A DNA stretch of 61,390 nt from assembly GCA_036787065.1 (NCBI GenBank), contig DAIQPZ010000001.1:1-61390 (forward strand), written 5' to 3'. Within the stretch, counting starts at the first letter, position 1. Each line of letters starts with the position of its first letter. Made by a program: the position numbers and the translations under genes. The DNA comes from Anaerolineaceae bacterium. Lineage in GTDB: Bacteria > Chloroflexota > Anaerolineae > Anaerolineales > Anaerolineaceae. This document shows, piece by piece, positions 39,691 through 48,781 of this stretch. Below the pieces are notes generated by a model. That model saw only the letters and a list, made by a program, of their open reading frames with translations, ran no database searches and was not told where the DNA came from.

Positions 39691-39790
39691 AATTAAAGAC
39701 CCGAATTTGAAGTGTTTGCCGGTGCTTCGCACCGGCAAACACTTCAAATTCGGAGACTCTCTTCTACCGGTGATCGCGGCTGAGCATTGG
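39670..39790 (-). mobile_element. Family-1 MITE-like element filling the kinase/GH3 convergent spacer; degenerate ends lie inside both coding 3' ends
   Basis: Perfect core hairpin 39701-39725 / 39729-39753. gttactacgct (39670-39680) and ctgagcattgg (39780-39790) resemble the terminal repeats. Confidence 0.7.
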
Positions 39791-42580
39791 CGTATAGTGC
39801 CAGATAATTGCCGCGACCCAGCCTGATAGAATCCCCATCAATGTGCCCATCAGTATCCCGTTAGTCCCCGCGCCTTGTATCCACACGGTTCCCCCAGGCA
39901 TGCCCGCTGCCAGGTAAAGGTAGCCAGCTAAACCACCTAAAACCGCGCATAAACTCCAACGCATTCCCCAACGCAGCGAACCCCATAACCAGAATCCCAG
40001 GCCGTAGGCCAAACCGGCTGCCATAGCAATCAACAGGATGGATAAGGCCCATTCGCTTAAGAATGGGCGGCCAGGCCGGGGAAGGATCGGGGTCGGTGCG
40101 GTTGTGGGTGTCAACGTTAATGTAGGCGTGGTAGTGGATGTGGGTGTGGGTGTAATGGATAGAGCCTGGGTTGGAAAGATAACCAGCGTACTGCCCGTAT
40201 CGGTCACATTTAAACCGAGCACATCCGACTTTGTGGCTTTTTCGCTGGTAGCTTTGATCACCAACGAACCAGGTTTCTCGATCCGGTAAGTAGCATGCGC
40301 GATTCCAACCTGAGTTTCCGATTCCACCTGTTGGACAGGGCCAGTTTCTCCACCCGTCTGGAATAAAAAATATACCACGGTTTGATTGGGCACCAGGTTG
40401 TGGTTTTGATCGTAGATTGGACCCGCTTTGAGTGGGATCGAATCACCAATTTTATAGGTTGGTACGGGGGTTGGTTGGGGTGTTGAGGTTCCAACTACCC
40501 TGGGCTTTTCAGGTATATCAAAAGCCAGTGGAATCACCTGAGTGGGATCCGCGGATAAGGCCACACCAATATCATAGCCTACCCCAGGAACAGATACAGG
40601 CAGTGCACCGGCCGGGACAATTTCATGGAAAAGCACTTTGGCCGCCACGTCAATAAATTGGGGCGCTTTACTATATAACCCATAATAAGCAGTAATCTTA
40701 GAAATATCGGTTGCATCCAAATTATAAGGTGCGCCAAAGGCAAATATAATCACCTTTTTATTATTTAAAAGGTCGGGTCTGGCGCTGAGCAGGTGTTTGT
40801 ATGCCAGGGTTTCTGGTTTATCCGCAATAGGATTGAGAATCGCGAATACAACCCAGGTAGCATTTTGCAGATCGGTTTCAATGTTTGCTGGCGCTTTGAC
40901 CTTATTCAGAAAATTATCGACATCAGCCAGAGAATATGAAGTGAGACGGTCAGAATTTACCTGCCTTGATTGTGACGGACCATAAAATTTCAATACCGAA
41001 TTTTGCAGTGCGTCGACGGTTAATGGAGTCTGGTCCTGGCATTGGTTACACTGCTTTCCGGTCTGAACATCCGTGAGGAATACAATTCTGTCGCGAGCAT
41101 CTGGCGCCTTGGGCAAGACGCTATCCAGTTCTGTCGCTGAAGGGCTGATGACAGTGACCGATTGGCGGGCGACATCCGATACAACCAGCTTCGACTTATC
41201 CAATTGTAGATTCGTCAGGTTGCTATCCGATGACACGACATTTTTAAGGCTGAACGGACTGTTATACAAACGGAGCTTCAAAGTAATAATGCGCACCAGA
41301 GAAGCATCCACCTGCTGTTGGAACACCGCATCTGCCTTATATTTTTTAACAAAGAAATCGAGCGTGTTCTTGATCGTTGTATAACTATCCGCATCGCCAT
41401 TCGATACGAAATTATCCGCATAAAGCAGATCGTTGCCGGCTAAAAAAGCGTTTAATGCGACATTACTCGCATTAAAGCTCTTACCAGAAGGATCATAAAA
41501 TAATCGTAAGGCGCGGCTGCCTAAATCATCACTGACCGTCAACCCGCCTTTTTGCCTCCAGGTAGCAAATTGTGGGAGAGCCATTAAGCTGCTCATAGCG
41601 GCCGGGTCGGAACTGACAGGCTTAATGGAAGGACTGATATTGCCCTGAAAACCCTGATAACGGATATGGGTTACCAACAATCCATCTGTAGTCGACTCGA
41701 CCGATTGGGCATTCCCGGTGACTGCAGCGAACGGGACTAATTCATTTTTCTTCAAATCATCTATAGTCTTTCTCACAGTGGACACTTCATCGTCAGGCAG
41801 GCGGTCAGCCGACCCGCTTCCCGGGAAGAATTTTGAAATCACCGCCAGGCGATTATCGCCGCCCTGATGCAGGCCGGTGATAAAAGCGCGGCCCATTTCA
41901 CCCACCCAATAAGCGTTACCCCCGAAACTGCGCGTCCCCAAATTCTTACTGCTTTCCGTATGAGTTGTGTCCAAAACATCCAATGATGGCCCAAAGTAAA
42001 GGTTAAAACCCAGGTCTTGAAGCTCACTCCCCATAATTACACCAACCTGGGTTGCCAGATCTGGTTTCCAGGTCGCTCCAAGCGCCATTTCATCTGGAAG
42101 CATGGTGGCGCCATTGAAGATCTGGTCGGTTGGGTACCCATCTCCCTCTTGGGATAAACCCACAAATAATGGGATATAAGCGGGTTGGTAGGTAGTCCCG
42201 GTATTTGGAACCGTCGCAAAGCGGATGGCTGCGTCGCCTTCAATACTTTGCATTTGACCGATTAACTGGTGGACTCCTTCGGGTGTGCGTCCTGCCGGTG
42301 CAAAATTATCGTTGGCAGAAGATAAAACAACACCCCCGATGTGGTAATTCGTAATCAGGTCATAGATCTGGCTCGTGCTGCTGACATCCGTCCCCTTAAA
42401 TGTGATCAGAAAAAGCTGGCCGATCTTTTCCTCGGGGATGAGGGTTTTAATCAAACTTTGCGCCTGCAGCACCGCCGGATCGGTCTGTTGTAAATCTTCA
42501 GCCTGGGCATTCCAGGATAACAGGCTCGACGCCAAGATCACGACCAACAAAAAGAAATTACGAAGCCTGTTCAACAACAA
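39764..42580 (-). CDS. Glycoside hydrolase family 3 (NagZ/beta-hexosaminidase-like), large, C-terminal multi-TM anchor
   Basis: KFFPGSGSADR, VSDDLGSRAL, signal peptide, PT-rich linker and 4 C-terminal TM helices. Three consecutive TTG codons sit at the start. Confidence 0.75.
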   Translation of the reverse strand: MLLNRLRNFFLLVVILASSLLSWNAQAEDLQQTDPAVLQAQSLIKTLIPEEKIGQLFLITFKGTDVSSTSQIYDLITNYHIGGVVLSSANDNFAPAGRTPEGVHQLIGQMQSIEGDAAIRFATVPNTGTTYQPAYIPLFVGLSQEGDGYPTDQIFNGATMLPDEMALGATWKPDLATQVGVIMGSELQDLGFNLYFGPSLDVLDTTHTESSKNLGTRSFGGNAYWVGEMGRAFITGLHQGGDNRLAVISKFFPGSGSADRLPDDEVSTVRKTIDDLKKNELVPFAAVTGNAQSVESTTDGLLVTHIRYQGFQGNISPSIKPVSSDPAAMSSLMALPQFATWRQKGGLTVSDDLGSRALRLFYDPSGKSFNASNVALNAFLAGNDLLYADNFVSNGDADSYTTIKNTLDFFVKKYKADAVFQQQVDASLVRIITLKLRLYNSPFSLKNVVSSDSNLTNLQLDKSKLVVSDVARQSVTVISPSATELDSVLPKAPDARDRIVFLTDVQTGKQCNQCQDQTPLTVDALQNSVLKFYGPSQSRQVNSDRLTSYSLADVDNFLNKVKAPANIETDLQNATWVVFAILNPIADKPETLAYKHLLSARPDLLNNKKVIIFAFGAPYNLDATDISKITAYYGLYSKAPQFIDVAAKVLFHEIVPAGALPVSVPGVGYDIGVALSADPTQVIPLAFDIPEKPRVVGTSTPQPTPVPTYKIGDSIPLKAGPIYDQNHNLVPNQTVVYFLFQTGGETGPVQQVESETQVGIAHATYRIEKPGSLVIKATSEKATKSDVLGLNVTDTGSTLVIFPTQALSITPTPTSTTTPTLTLTPTTAPTPILPRPGRPFLSEWALSILLIAMAAGLAYGLGFWLWGSLRWGMRWSLCAVLGGLAGYLYLAAGMPGGTVWIQGAGTNGILMGTLMGILSGWVAAIIWHYTPMLSRDHR

Positions 42581-42595
42581 TACTCCTGAAATAGT

Positions 42596-42706
42596 GTAAC
42601 TGCTCAGACATGTAAAGAAAGTTGCCGAATTTGAGGTGTTTGCGGGTGCTTCGCACCCGCAAACACCTCAAATTCGGGTCTTTTTCACGGGGCTCTGAGC
42701 AGTTAC
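42596..42706 (+). mobile_element. Family-1 MITE-like element, canonical 111-bp copy with 8-bp target-site duplication
   Basis: Perfect ends gtaactgctcag / ctgagcagttac. The flanking direct repeat gaaatagt is at 42588-42595 and 42707-42714. Confidence 0.95.
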
Positions 42707-42746
42707 GAAATAGTTATAGTCGCAATCAATCCAGTAATAATGGAAC

Positions 42747-43496
42747 CTACTCAACCATTAATTTTCGCACCAGACCAGGATCGTCAGAAATGATCCCGTC
42801 AATACCCATGGATAACAACTGCTTAATCCCTTCCGGCTGCGCCTCCAACCAGGCGAACATCTTTCGTAACTGCCTGTGCTCTCGTCCAATCAACTCGGAA
42901 CGGACATCCGTATAATAAGAAATAAGCAACTGGTGGGGAAGTACACCCACAATGGAGCCACGCGCCAGATTGCCCGCCCGGCCAACCTGAGTCAGCAGCC
43001 CGGCAGGCACATCAGGCATTAAACGGCTGGAGCGAATCAAATTCAAAGGGTGAAATGAAGAGACAAAAACCCGGTCTGCCAGGTTATGGCGCTTAATTAA
43101 TTCAGCTACTTTAACTGGGAGCGCATCTCCAGGTGACGCATAATTGGTCAACTCAATATCAATTATTCCGCGCTGACCCATAACCGCAAATACTTCCTCA
43201 AGGGTCGGTACGCATTCGCCCCTAAATTCGGCGGAAAAATGGCTCCCGGCATCCAGATCGCGTAATTCTGCCAGGGTATATTTCGATATGGATCCGTGAC
43301 CATCCGTGGTCCGGTCAACCGTCTGATCGTGCATAACAACTACCACGCCGTCGGCCGTCAATTTGGTGTCTAACTCAACCCCATCGGCGCCATTGTCGAT
43401 GGCCAGTTTAAATGCAGCCAGTGTGTTTTCAGGCGCGTGGACTTTATCGCCTCGGTGACCCAAAATGATTGGCTTGGGCAGTAAATCCAGCTTCAA
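42747..43496 (-). CDS. Glycerophosphodiester phosphodiesterase
   Basis: ILGHRGD..APENT, ELD, DGV..MHD (GDPD motifs). The TTG start overlaps the upstream stop (TTGA). Confidence 0.8.
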   Translation of the reverse strand: MKLDLLPKPIILGHRGDKVHAPENTLAAFKLAIDNGADGVELDTKLTADGVVVVMHDQTVDRTTDGHGSISKYTLAELRDLDAGSHFSAEFRGECVPTLEEVFAVMGQRGIIDIELTNYASPGDALPVKVAELIKRHNLADRVFVSSFHPLNLIRSSRLMPDVPAGLLTQVGRAGNLARGSIVGVLPHQLLISYYTDVRSELIGREHRQLRKMFAWLEAQPEGIKQLLSMGIDGIISDDPGLVRKLMVE

Positions 43497-44845
43497 TCAA
43501 GCTCCACAAAGTAAGATTCGGCTGCGCGATCTAACAAATCGCGAGACATAGTCGGTTCTACCGCCATATAACGGGAAATATCCAAAATCTGATCACACAG
43601 ATCGCGCGGATGAGAAGCGCGCAGCTTGCGATTGCGTTTCACATACCACTCCTGCAACAGATAGGCCAGGCCCTGATCACTATATTCGACGCCTTTTGCT
43701 GCCGTCACACGTTTAAAAATTTCTCGATATTCTTCATAAGATGGGTCGCCGATTTCAATTTTATAGCGCAAACGGCGCAAAAACGCCTCATCCACCAGGT
43801 CCTTGGGCAGCAGGTTGGTCGAAAAAACCACCAACACATCAAACGGAATTTCGATTTTCCGCCCGGTGTGGAGAGTCAAATAATCGATCCGGTTTTCGAG
43901 GGGCACGATCCAGCGATTAAGCAAATCTCTCGGGCGGATTTGCTGCCGGCCAAAATCATCAATTAACAGAATGCCACCATTCGCCTTGACCTGGAAAGGC
44001 GCTTCATAATATTTGTGGGTCTCATCGAATACCAGATCAAGACCTGTGAGGGTTAATTCACCGCCCACTACCACAAATGGCCGTCGTATCTTCATCCAAC
44101 GCATATCCCGCCGTAAGCCGGCGCGCAGCGACCCCGTATCTTTCTTGGGAACATCCTCATCCTGGGCCAACTCGTGGTTGACCGAATCATACAGTTTGAT
44201 CACCTGACCATCCACGTAAATGGAATATGGGATATAAATCGACTGGGTGGCTACCAGATCACCAATCGACCTGGCGATGCTGGTTTTACCGTTGCCAGGC
44301 GGTCCGTAAAGAAAAATCGAGGTTCCAGAATTAATCGCCGGCCCTACCCGGTGAAAAGTCTTCTCAGATAAAACCAGTTGCGAGAGCACCTGGCGCATAT
44401 TGCGGTTAGTGACCATGATCCGTCCCCGGCTTTGCCGGCGGATGGACTCGTTATATGCGGCGAGTGGCACCGGCGCAGGGCCAGCATACTGGCTGCGGTC
44501 AAGCGCTTCACGCGCTCTGGCCATGCCTCCTCCAGTGATGGCATACATATAAGCCCCTTCGCCCAGCCCCATTTCAGACGACTTGACCTCGACCAACTTA
44601 TCCCGTTTAAGAATGTCTAAAATCTGGTCAACCAGCCCAGAGAAAGGCAAAGCCATCTCCTCGGCAATTTTAAAACCGGTTGCATAGCCCTGGTAATAAA
44701 GGATTTTTAAGGTCAGGTCCTGCACCCAGAGCGGGGGCAAGCCAGTTTGCTCGATTTTTGAGATTGGAGGTGGAACAAAAGCCACAGGTGGCATTGCCGA
44801 TGAACCCGAAACACTGCTTGATTTGGTTGGCACGGAATTTATCAT
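43493..44845 (-). CDS. AAA+ ATPase with N-terminal winged-helix-like domain
   Basis: Walker A GPPGNGKTS, Walker B ILLIDDFG, arginine-rich sensor region. Subfamily not recognised. Confidence 0.6.
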   Translation of the reverse strand: MINSVPTKSSSVSGSSAMPPVAFVPPPISKIEQTGLPPLWVQDLTLKILYYQGYATGFKIAEEMALPFSGLVDQILDILKRDKLVEVKSSEMGLGEGAYMYAITGGGMARAREALDRSQYAGPAPVPLAAYNESIRRQSRGRIMVTNRNMRQVLSQLVLSEKTFHRVGPAINSGTSIFLYGPPGNGKTSIARSIGDLVATQSIYIPYSIYVDGQVIKLYDSVNHELAQDEDVPKKDTGSLRAGLRRDMRWMKIRRPFVVVGGELTLTGLDLVFDETHKYYEAPFQVKANGGILLIDDFGRQQIRPRDLLNRWIVPLENRIDYLTLHTGRKIEIPFDVLVVFSTNLLPKDLVDEAFLRRLRYKIEIGDPSYEEYREIFKRVTAAKGVEYSDQGLAYLLQEWYVKRNRKLRASHPRDLCDQILDISRYMAVEPTMSRDLLDRAAESYFVELD

Positions 44846-45024
44846 GACTTTCTACCTGGCCTTTCGTTTTCACGTCGCAATGAACCGGACAATGATTCCT
44901 TGCATCGAAATGGGCTACCCGATTTTAAACCGGCCAGAATAACAATCAGCCGATTAGAGCCACCCCAATAGGGTATTATAGCACGCCAAATTAAACTGCT
45001 ATTGAATTAATTCCACTTAAATAC

Positions 45025-45060
45025 TTGCCTAATTAGAACAGGCTTCGTATAATCGTCACC
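45025..45060 (+). promoter_or_regulatory. Putative leaderless promoter of the GT2 gene
   Basis: TTGCCT (45025-45030), 17 nt, TATAAT (45048-45053), 7 nt, ATG 45061. No SD. Confidence 0.45.
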
Positions 45061-45744
45061 ATGAATATCACCGTACTTATTCCTGCATACAATGAAATTA
45101 ATACCATCCGTGAAATTATCAAGCGAGTTAAGATTACTGGAATAGTTAATGAGATCATCGTGGTCGATGATGGATCGAAAGATGGCACCCGGGAAGTCTT
45201 GACGGAACTGGATCAAGCCGGCGCCATCCGAGCAATTTTCCATGAAAATAATCAGGGAAAAGGCGCGGCGGTCCGTACAGGCATTTTAGCCGCCACACAA
45301 GACGTGATCATCATCCAGGATGCTGACCTGGAATATGATCCGCGCGATTACCCGGCATTAATCTGCCCTATTGAAGAAGGTATCGCCGATGTGGTGTTTG
45401 GGTCGCGCTTCCTGGGTGGCGCGCGCCGCCCCGCCTTGTATTGGAATATGGTCGCAAATAAAATCTTGAATATGCTGACCAATATACTTTACAACAACAT
45501 CATAAGCGACATGGAAACAGGGTATAAAGTTTTCCGTCGCGAAGTGGTTAAGGACATTACCCTGCGATCGCACCGTTTCGATTTTGAGCCCGAATTTACT
45601 GCTAAAATTTTAAAGCGGCATGTCAAGATTTTTGAGGTTCCGATTACGTTTAACCCGCGAGATTATTCTCAGGGGAAGAAGATCCACCTGATTGATGCTT
45701 TCTACGCGGTTTGGGCTTTGCTAAAATATCGCTTTGTAGATTAA
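45061..45744 (+). CDS. Family-2 glycosyltransferase (polyprenol-phosphate glycosyltransferase-like)
   Basis: VLIPAYNE, VVDDGSKDGT, QDADLEYDP. Confidence 0.8.
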   Translation: MNITVLIPAYNEINTIREIIKRVKITGIVNEIIVVDDGSKDGTREVLTELDQAGAIRAIFHENNQGKGAAVRTGILAATQDVIIIQDADLEYDPRDYPALICPIEEGIADVVFGSRFLGGARRPALYWNMVANKILNMLTNILYNNIISDMETGYKVFRREVVKDITLRSHRFDFEPEFTAKILKRHVKIFEVPITFNPRDYSQGKKIHLIDAFYAVWALLKYRFVD

Positions 45745-45789
45745 TATCCTAGAATAACAATCAAACTGGTCCGCTGGAATTACTCAAGC

Positions 45790-47529
45790 CTAACTGCCTA
45801 TCCTAACTGGATTGATGTCTTTTACATTTAACTGCAGCGATTGCTGCCCCTTGTATTCATTGAGCTCTAACGTGTAAAAAAGATCAATCCGCTCTCCCTC
45901 TGCAAGCTGATCCTTCAAGTAACCCTGCCGGAAGGCAATCGCGTCGTAGATAACGCCATGATCATCGGTGACTTTCAATTTCAAATGACTGCCTTCCTTG
46001 CCCACCTGCGTGGTCCGTTTCACCTTTAAATTTCGTGAAATGAAGCTGATCTCCGGGTTCCCAATCCCAAAGGGTTGGAAGCGATCAAAATATGGCATCA
46101 AATCCGGTAAATTTTTGCCCCAAACTTGCGATAACACCAATTCGGCGTCGGCGTGTAAAATAGGGTGAAGATCTAATCCGGAAAGCGTCGATTGGGCTAT
46201 TTCAGTCAACCGCTCGATCAGCTCGGGCAAATTCGTATTGCGAACGGTAAAGCCGGCGGCAGCTTTATGTCCGCCGTGACGCACCAGCAGGTGAGCGCAT
46301 TGATCCAGTGCTTCGGTAATATGGAATTCGGGGATACTTCGGCAGGATGCGCGAGTAAACTCTTCCCCAGAGTGTCCCACAATTGCCGGGCGGTAATATG
46401 CCTCCACCAATCGAGAGGCCGCCAATCCGACCACGCCCTCATTAAAACCAGGATCCGCTGCAAAAATGATCCAGGCCCCAGTTGATTTTTTTAATACCTG
46501 GTCGATCGCCTGCTTTTGGATATCCCGGGTGATCTGCTGGCGCTGTACATTTTGGGTGTCTAATTTTTGAGCTAATTCACTGGCTCGATTGGGGTCTGTC
46601 GCGGTCAACAGCTCAAAAGAAGCCAGGGCCGACTCTAAACGACCCGCCGCATTCAACCGCGGGCCCAACATATATCCAATATCACCGGCGGTCGTTTTAT
46701 CCAGCCTCAAATTGGCAACCTGTGCCAAAGAATATAGGCCCTGCCGTTTTTGGGCATGAATTCGCGCCAGACCTGCCGCGACCAGCTCCCGATTTTCTCC
46801 GGACAATGGCGCCAGATCAGCCACCGTACCTAAGGCAACCAGATCCAGCCAATCTTCAACCTTCACACCATCCACAGGGTAATGCTTCAAATACGATTGG
46901 GCAATCTTGTAAGCCAGGCCAACGCCTGCCAGATTTTTATCCGGGTAGACATCCCCGGGCTGCTTGGGATTAATCAATGCCCACACGCTTGGCAGTTCTG
47001 GTCCAGGTTGGTGGTGGTCGCAGATGATCAAATCTAAAGGTAATGAGCGCGCAAAATCCGCTTCACGCGGTGAACGAACACCACAATCGACGGTTATAAC
47101 CAGTCCGATCCCCTGCGCCGCCAATAACGCCAGGGCATCATTATTTAGCCCATAACCTTCATCAAAACGGTTGGGAATATATTCTTTAACCTGAGCGCCA
47201 GCCACCCGGAGGACCTCAACCAGGAGAGCGGTTGCGGTCACACCATCCACATCATAATCACCATACACCGCAATGGGTTCATTCTTTAGCACCGCCGCAT
47301 GCAGCCGCTCGATTGTAATAGACATATCTTTTAATAAATCGGGGTCGGTTTGCGCAGCAGAACGCGCCAGTAAAAAATCAATGGCCTGGTCGGCCGTGGT
47401 GATACCCCGGTTGAAAAACAACTGCCGGATTAAAGGCGGATATTCTGTTAACCCTTCACTGATCGAAACGGGTATTTTGGGATCCACCAGCCATCGTTTT
47501 GCTACTGGGATCTGATTTTCACTATCCAT
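45790..47529 (-). CDS. recJ: Single-stranded-DNA-specific exonuclease RecJ
   Basis: DHH motifs YGDYDVDGVTA, TVDCG, CDHH and GGHKAAAGF. Confidence 0.92.
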   Translation of the reverse strand: MDSENQIPVAKRWLVDPKIPVSISEGLTEYPPLIRQLFFNRGITTADQAIDFLLARSAAQTDPDLLKDMSITIERLHAAVLKNEPIAVYGDYDVDGVTATALLVEVLRVAGAQVKEYIPNRFDEGYGLNNDALALLAAQGIGLVITVDCGVRSPREADFARSLPLDLIICDHHQPGPELPSVWALINPKQPGDVYPDKNLAGVGLAYKIAQSYLKHYPVDGVKVEDWLDLVALGTVADLAPLSGENRELVAAGLARIHAQKRQGLYSLAQVANLRLDKTTAGDIGYMLGPRLNAAGRLESALASFELLTATDPNRASELAQKLDTQNVQRQQITRDIQKQAIDQVLKKSTGAWIIFAADPGFNEGVVGLAASRLVEAYYRPAIVGHSGEEFTRASCRSIPEFHITEALDQCAHLLVRHGGHKAAAGFTVRNTNLPELIERLTEIAQSTLSGLDLHPILHADAELVLSQVWGKNLPDLMPYFDRFQPFGIGNPEISFISRNLKVKRTTQVGKEGSHLKLKVTDDHGVIYDAIAFRQGYLKDQLAEGERIDLFYTLELNEYKGQQSLQLNVKDINPVRIGS

Positions 47530-47541
47530 AATTTTTTTCAG

Positions 47542-48687
47542 TTATGAGATATAACTGTTAAGTTCCTTCCCAGATGAATTTAGATATACCCTGGGCAGCC
47601 GGGCAGCTAACCCACACACGACCTCATAATTGTTTGTCCCCCACCGCCGGGCAATATCTTCAGCGCTGATCACCTGGCTGCCTTGCCGGCCCAATATAAC
47701 CACTTCATCCTCAAGGTTTGCCAGTGGCAGTTTATCAATCTGCAGCATGCATTGATCCATGCATACTCTTCCGACCACGCGTACAATTTGCCCGTTGAGC
47801 AAAACTTCCTGGTTATCCACGCGGCGGAATCCATCCGCGTAACCCACCGGGATCACGCCAATCCTTTCGACCTTGCTGGTCAGATAATGCGAACCATAAC
47901 TAATGCCATACCCAGCGGGTAGATCTTTGATCGAGGTGAGACGGGTTTTCCAACTCAAAGCGGGTAAGAAATTTCCTGGCAGCGGCGCCGCAGCGGAAGG
48001 ATGCAGTCCATAAATGGCCACCCCGGCCCGGACCAGATTAAACCTGCCATCCTGATGATAGATAGTCCCCGCGGAATTAGAAGCGTGCACCCATGCGGGA
48101 TAAATCCCCTGTGCATTAATCGCATCTAACACCGCTTGAAATCGGTTAATCTGCAGACGGGTGGCGCTGGCCTCTGGTTCATCCGCCCTGGCAAAATGGG
48201 TAAAAATCCCTTCAATTTTCAATCCTGGCTGGCGATTAAGTGAGAAGATAAAATCCGCTGCTTTTTCATACGCGATCCCCAACCGGCCCATTCCAGTCTC
48301 GATTTTCACATGAACCCGCAAATCCCCCAGCCCATCCTGGGCATATGCCACATATTTGGCCACCAGCGCCGGATCATAAACCGTCAGGCTGACGCGGTTC
48401 GCGATGGCTAACGGCGCCCTATCGGGGGGAGTATAGCCCAAAACTAAAATAGAGCCTACCAAACCGGCCTGCCGCAAAGCCAAAGCCTCCTCAAGCCGGC
48501 TTACCCCACACCAGGCCGCGCCCGCCTCAACGACCGCCTGGGCCACCGGAATGGCCCCATGCCCGTACGCATTGGCTTTAATCACCGCCATCACCGGGCA
48601 GCCGGATAGAACCTGCAAAGCAGACACGTTGTTGCGGATAGCGCCCAGATCGATTTCTAACCAGGTTGAATAACTGCACGGATCCAT
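47542..48687 (-). CDS. alr: Alanine racemase
   Basis: AVIKANAYGHG (PLP lysine), 381 aa. Confidence 0.92.
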   Translation of the reverse strand: MDPCSYSTWLEIDLGAIRNNVSALQVLSGCPVMAVIKANAYGHGAIPVAQAVVEAGAAWCGVSRLEEALALRQAGLVGSILVLGYTPPDRAPLAIANRVSLTVYDPALVAKYVAYAQDGLGDLRVHVKIETGMGRLGIAYEKAADFIFSLNRQPGLKIEGIFTHFARADEPEASATRLQINRFQAVLDAINAQGIYPAWVHASNSAGTIYHQDGRFNLVRAGVAIYGLHPSAAAPLPGNFLPALSWKTRLTSIKDLPAGYGISYGSHYLTSKVERIGVIPVGYADGFRRVDNQEVLLNGQIVRVVGRVCMDQCMLQIDKLPLANLEDEVVILGRQGSQVISAEDIARRWGTNNYEVVCGLAARLPRVYLNSSGKELNSYIS

Positions 48688-48723
48688 TCATGGTAGTATA
48701 TCCCGGCTTACATCCCGAAGCAA
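48688..48723 (-). promoter_or_regulatory. Putative leaderless promoter of alr
   Basis: Minus strand reads TTGCTT (48718-48723), 17 nt, TATACT (48695-48700), 7 nt, ATG 48687. Confidence 0.45.
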
Positions 48724-48746
48724 GCTATTTAAATTCTTCGATGCTC

Positions 48747-48781
48747 TTGACAATCCTGAACCTTTTGATGATACTGGCATA
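48747..48781 (+). promoter_or_regulatory. Putative leaderless promoter of tgt
   Basis: TTGACA (48747-48752), 17 nt, GATACT (48770-48775), 6 nt, ATG 48782. Confidence 0.45.
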
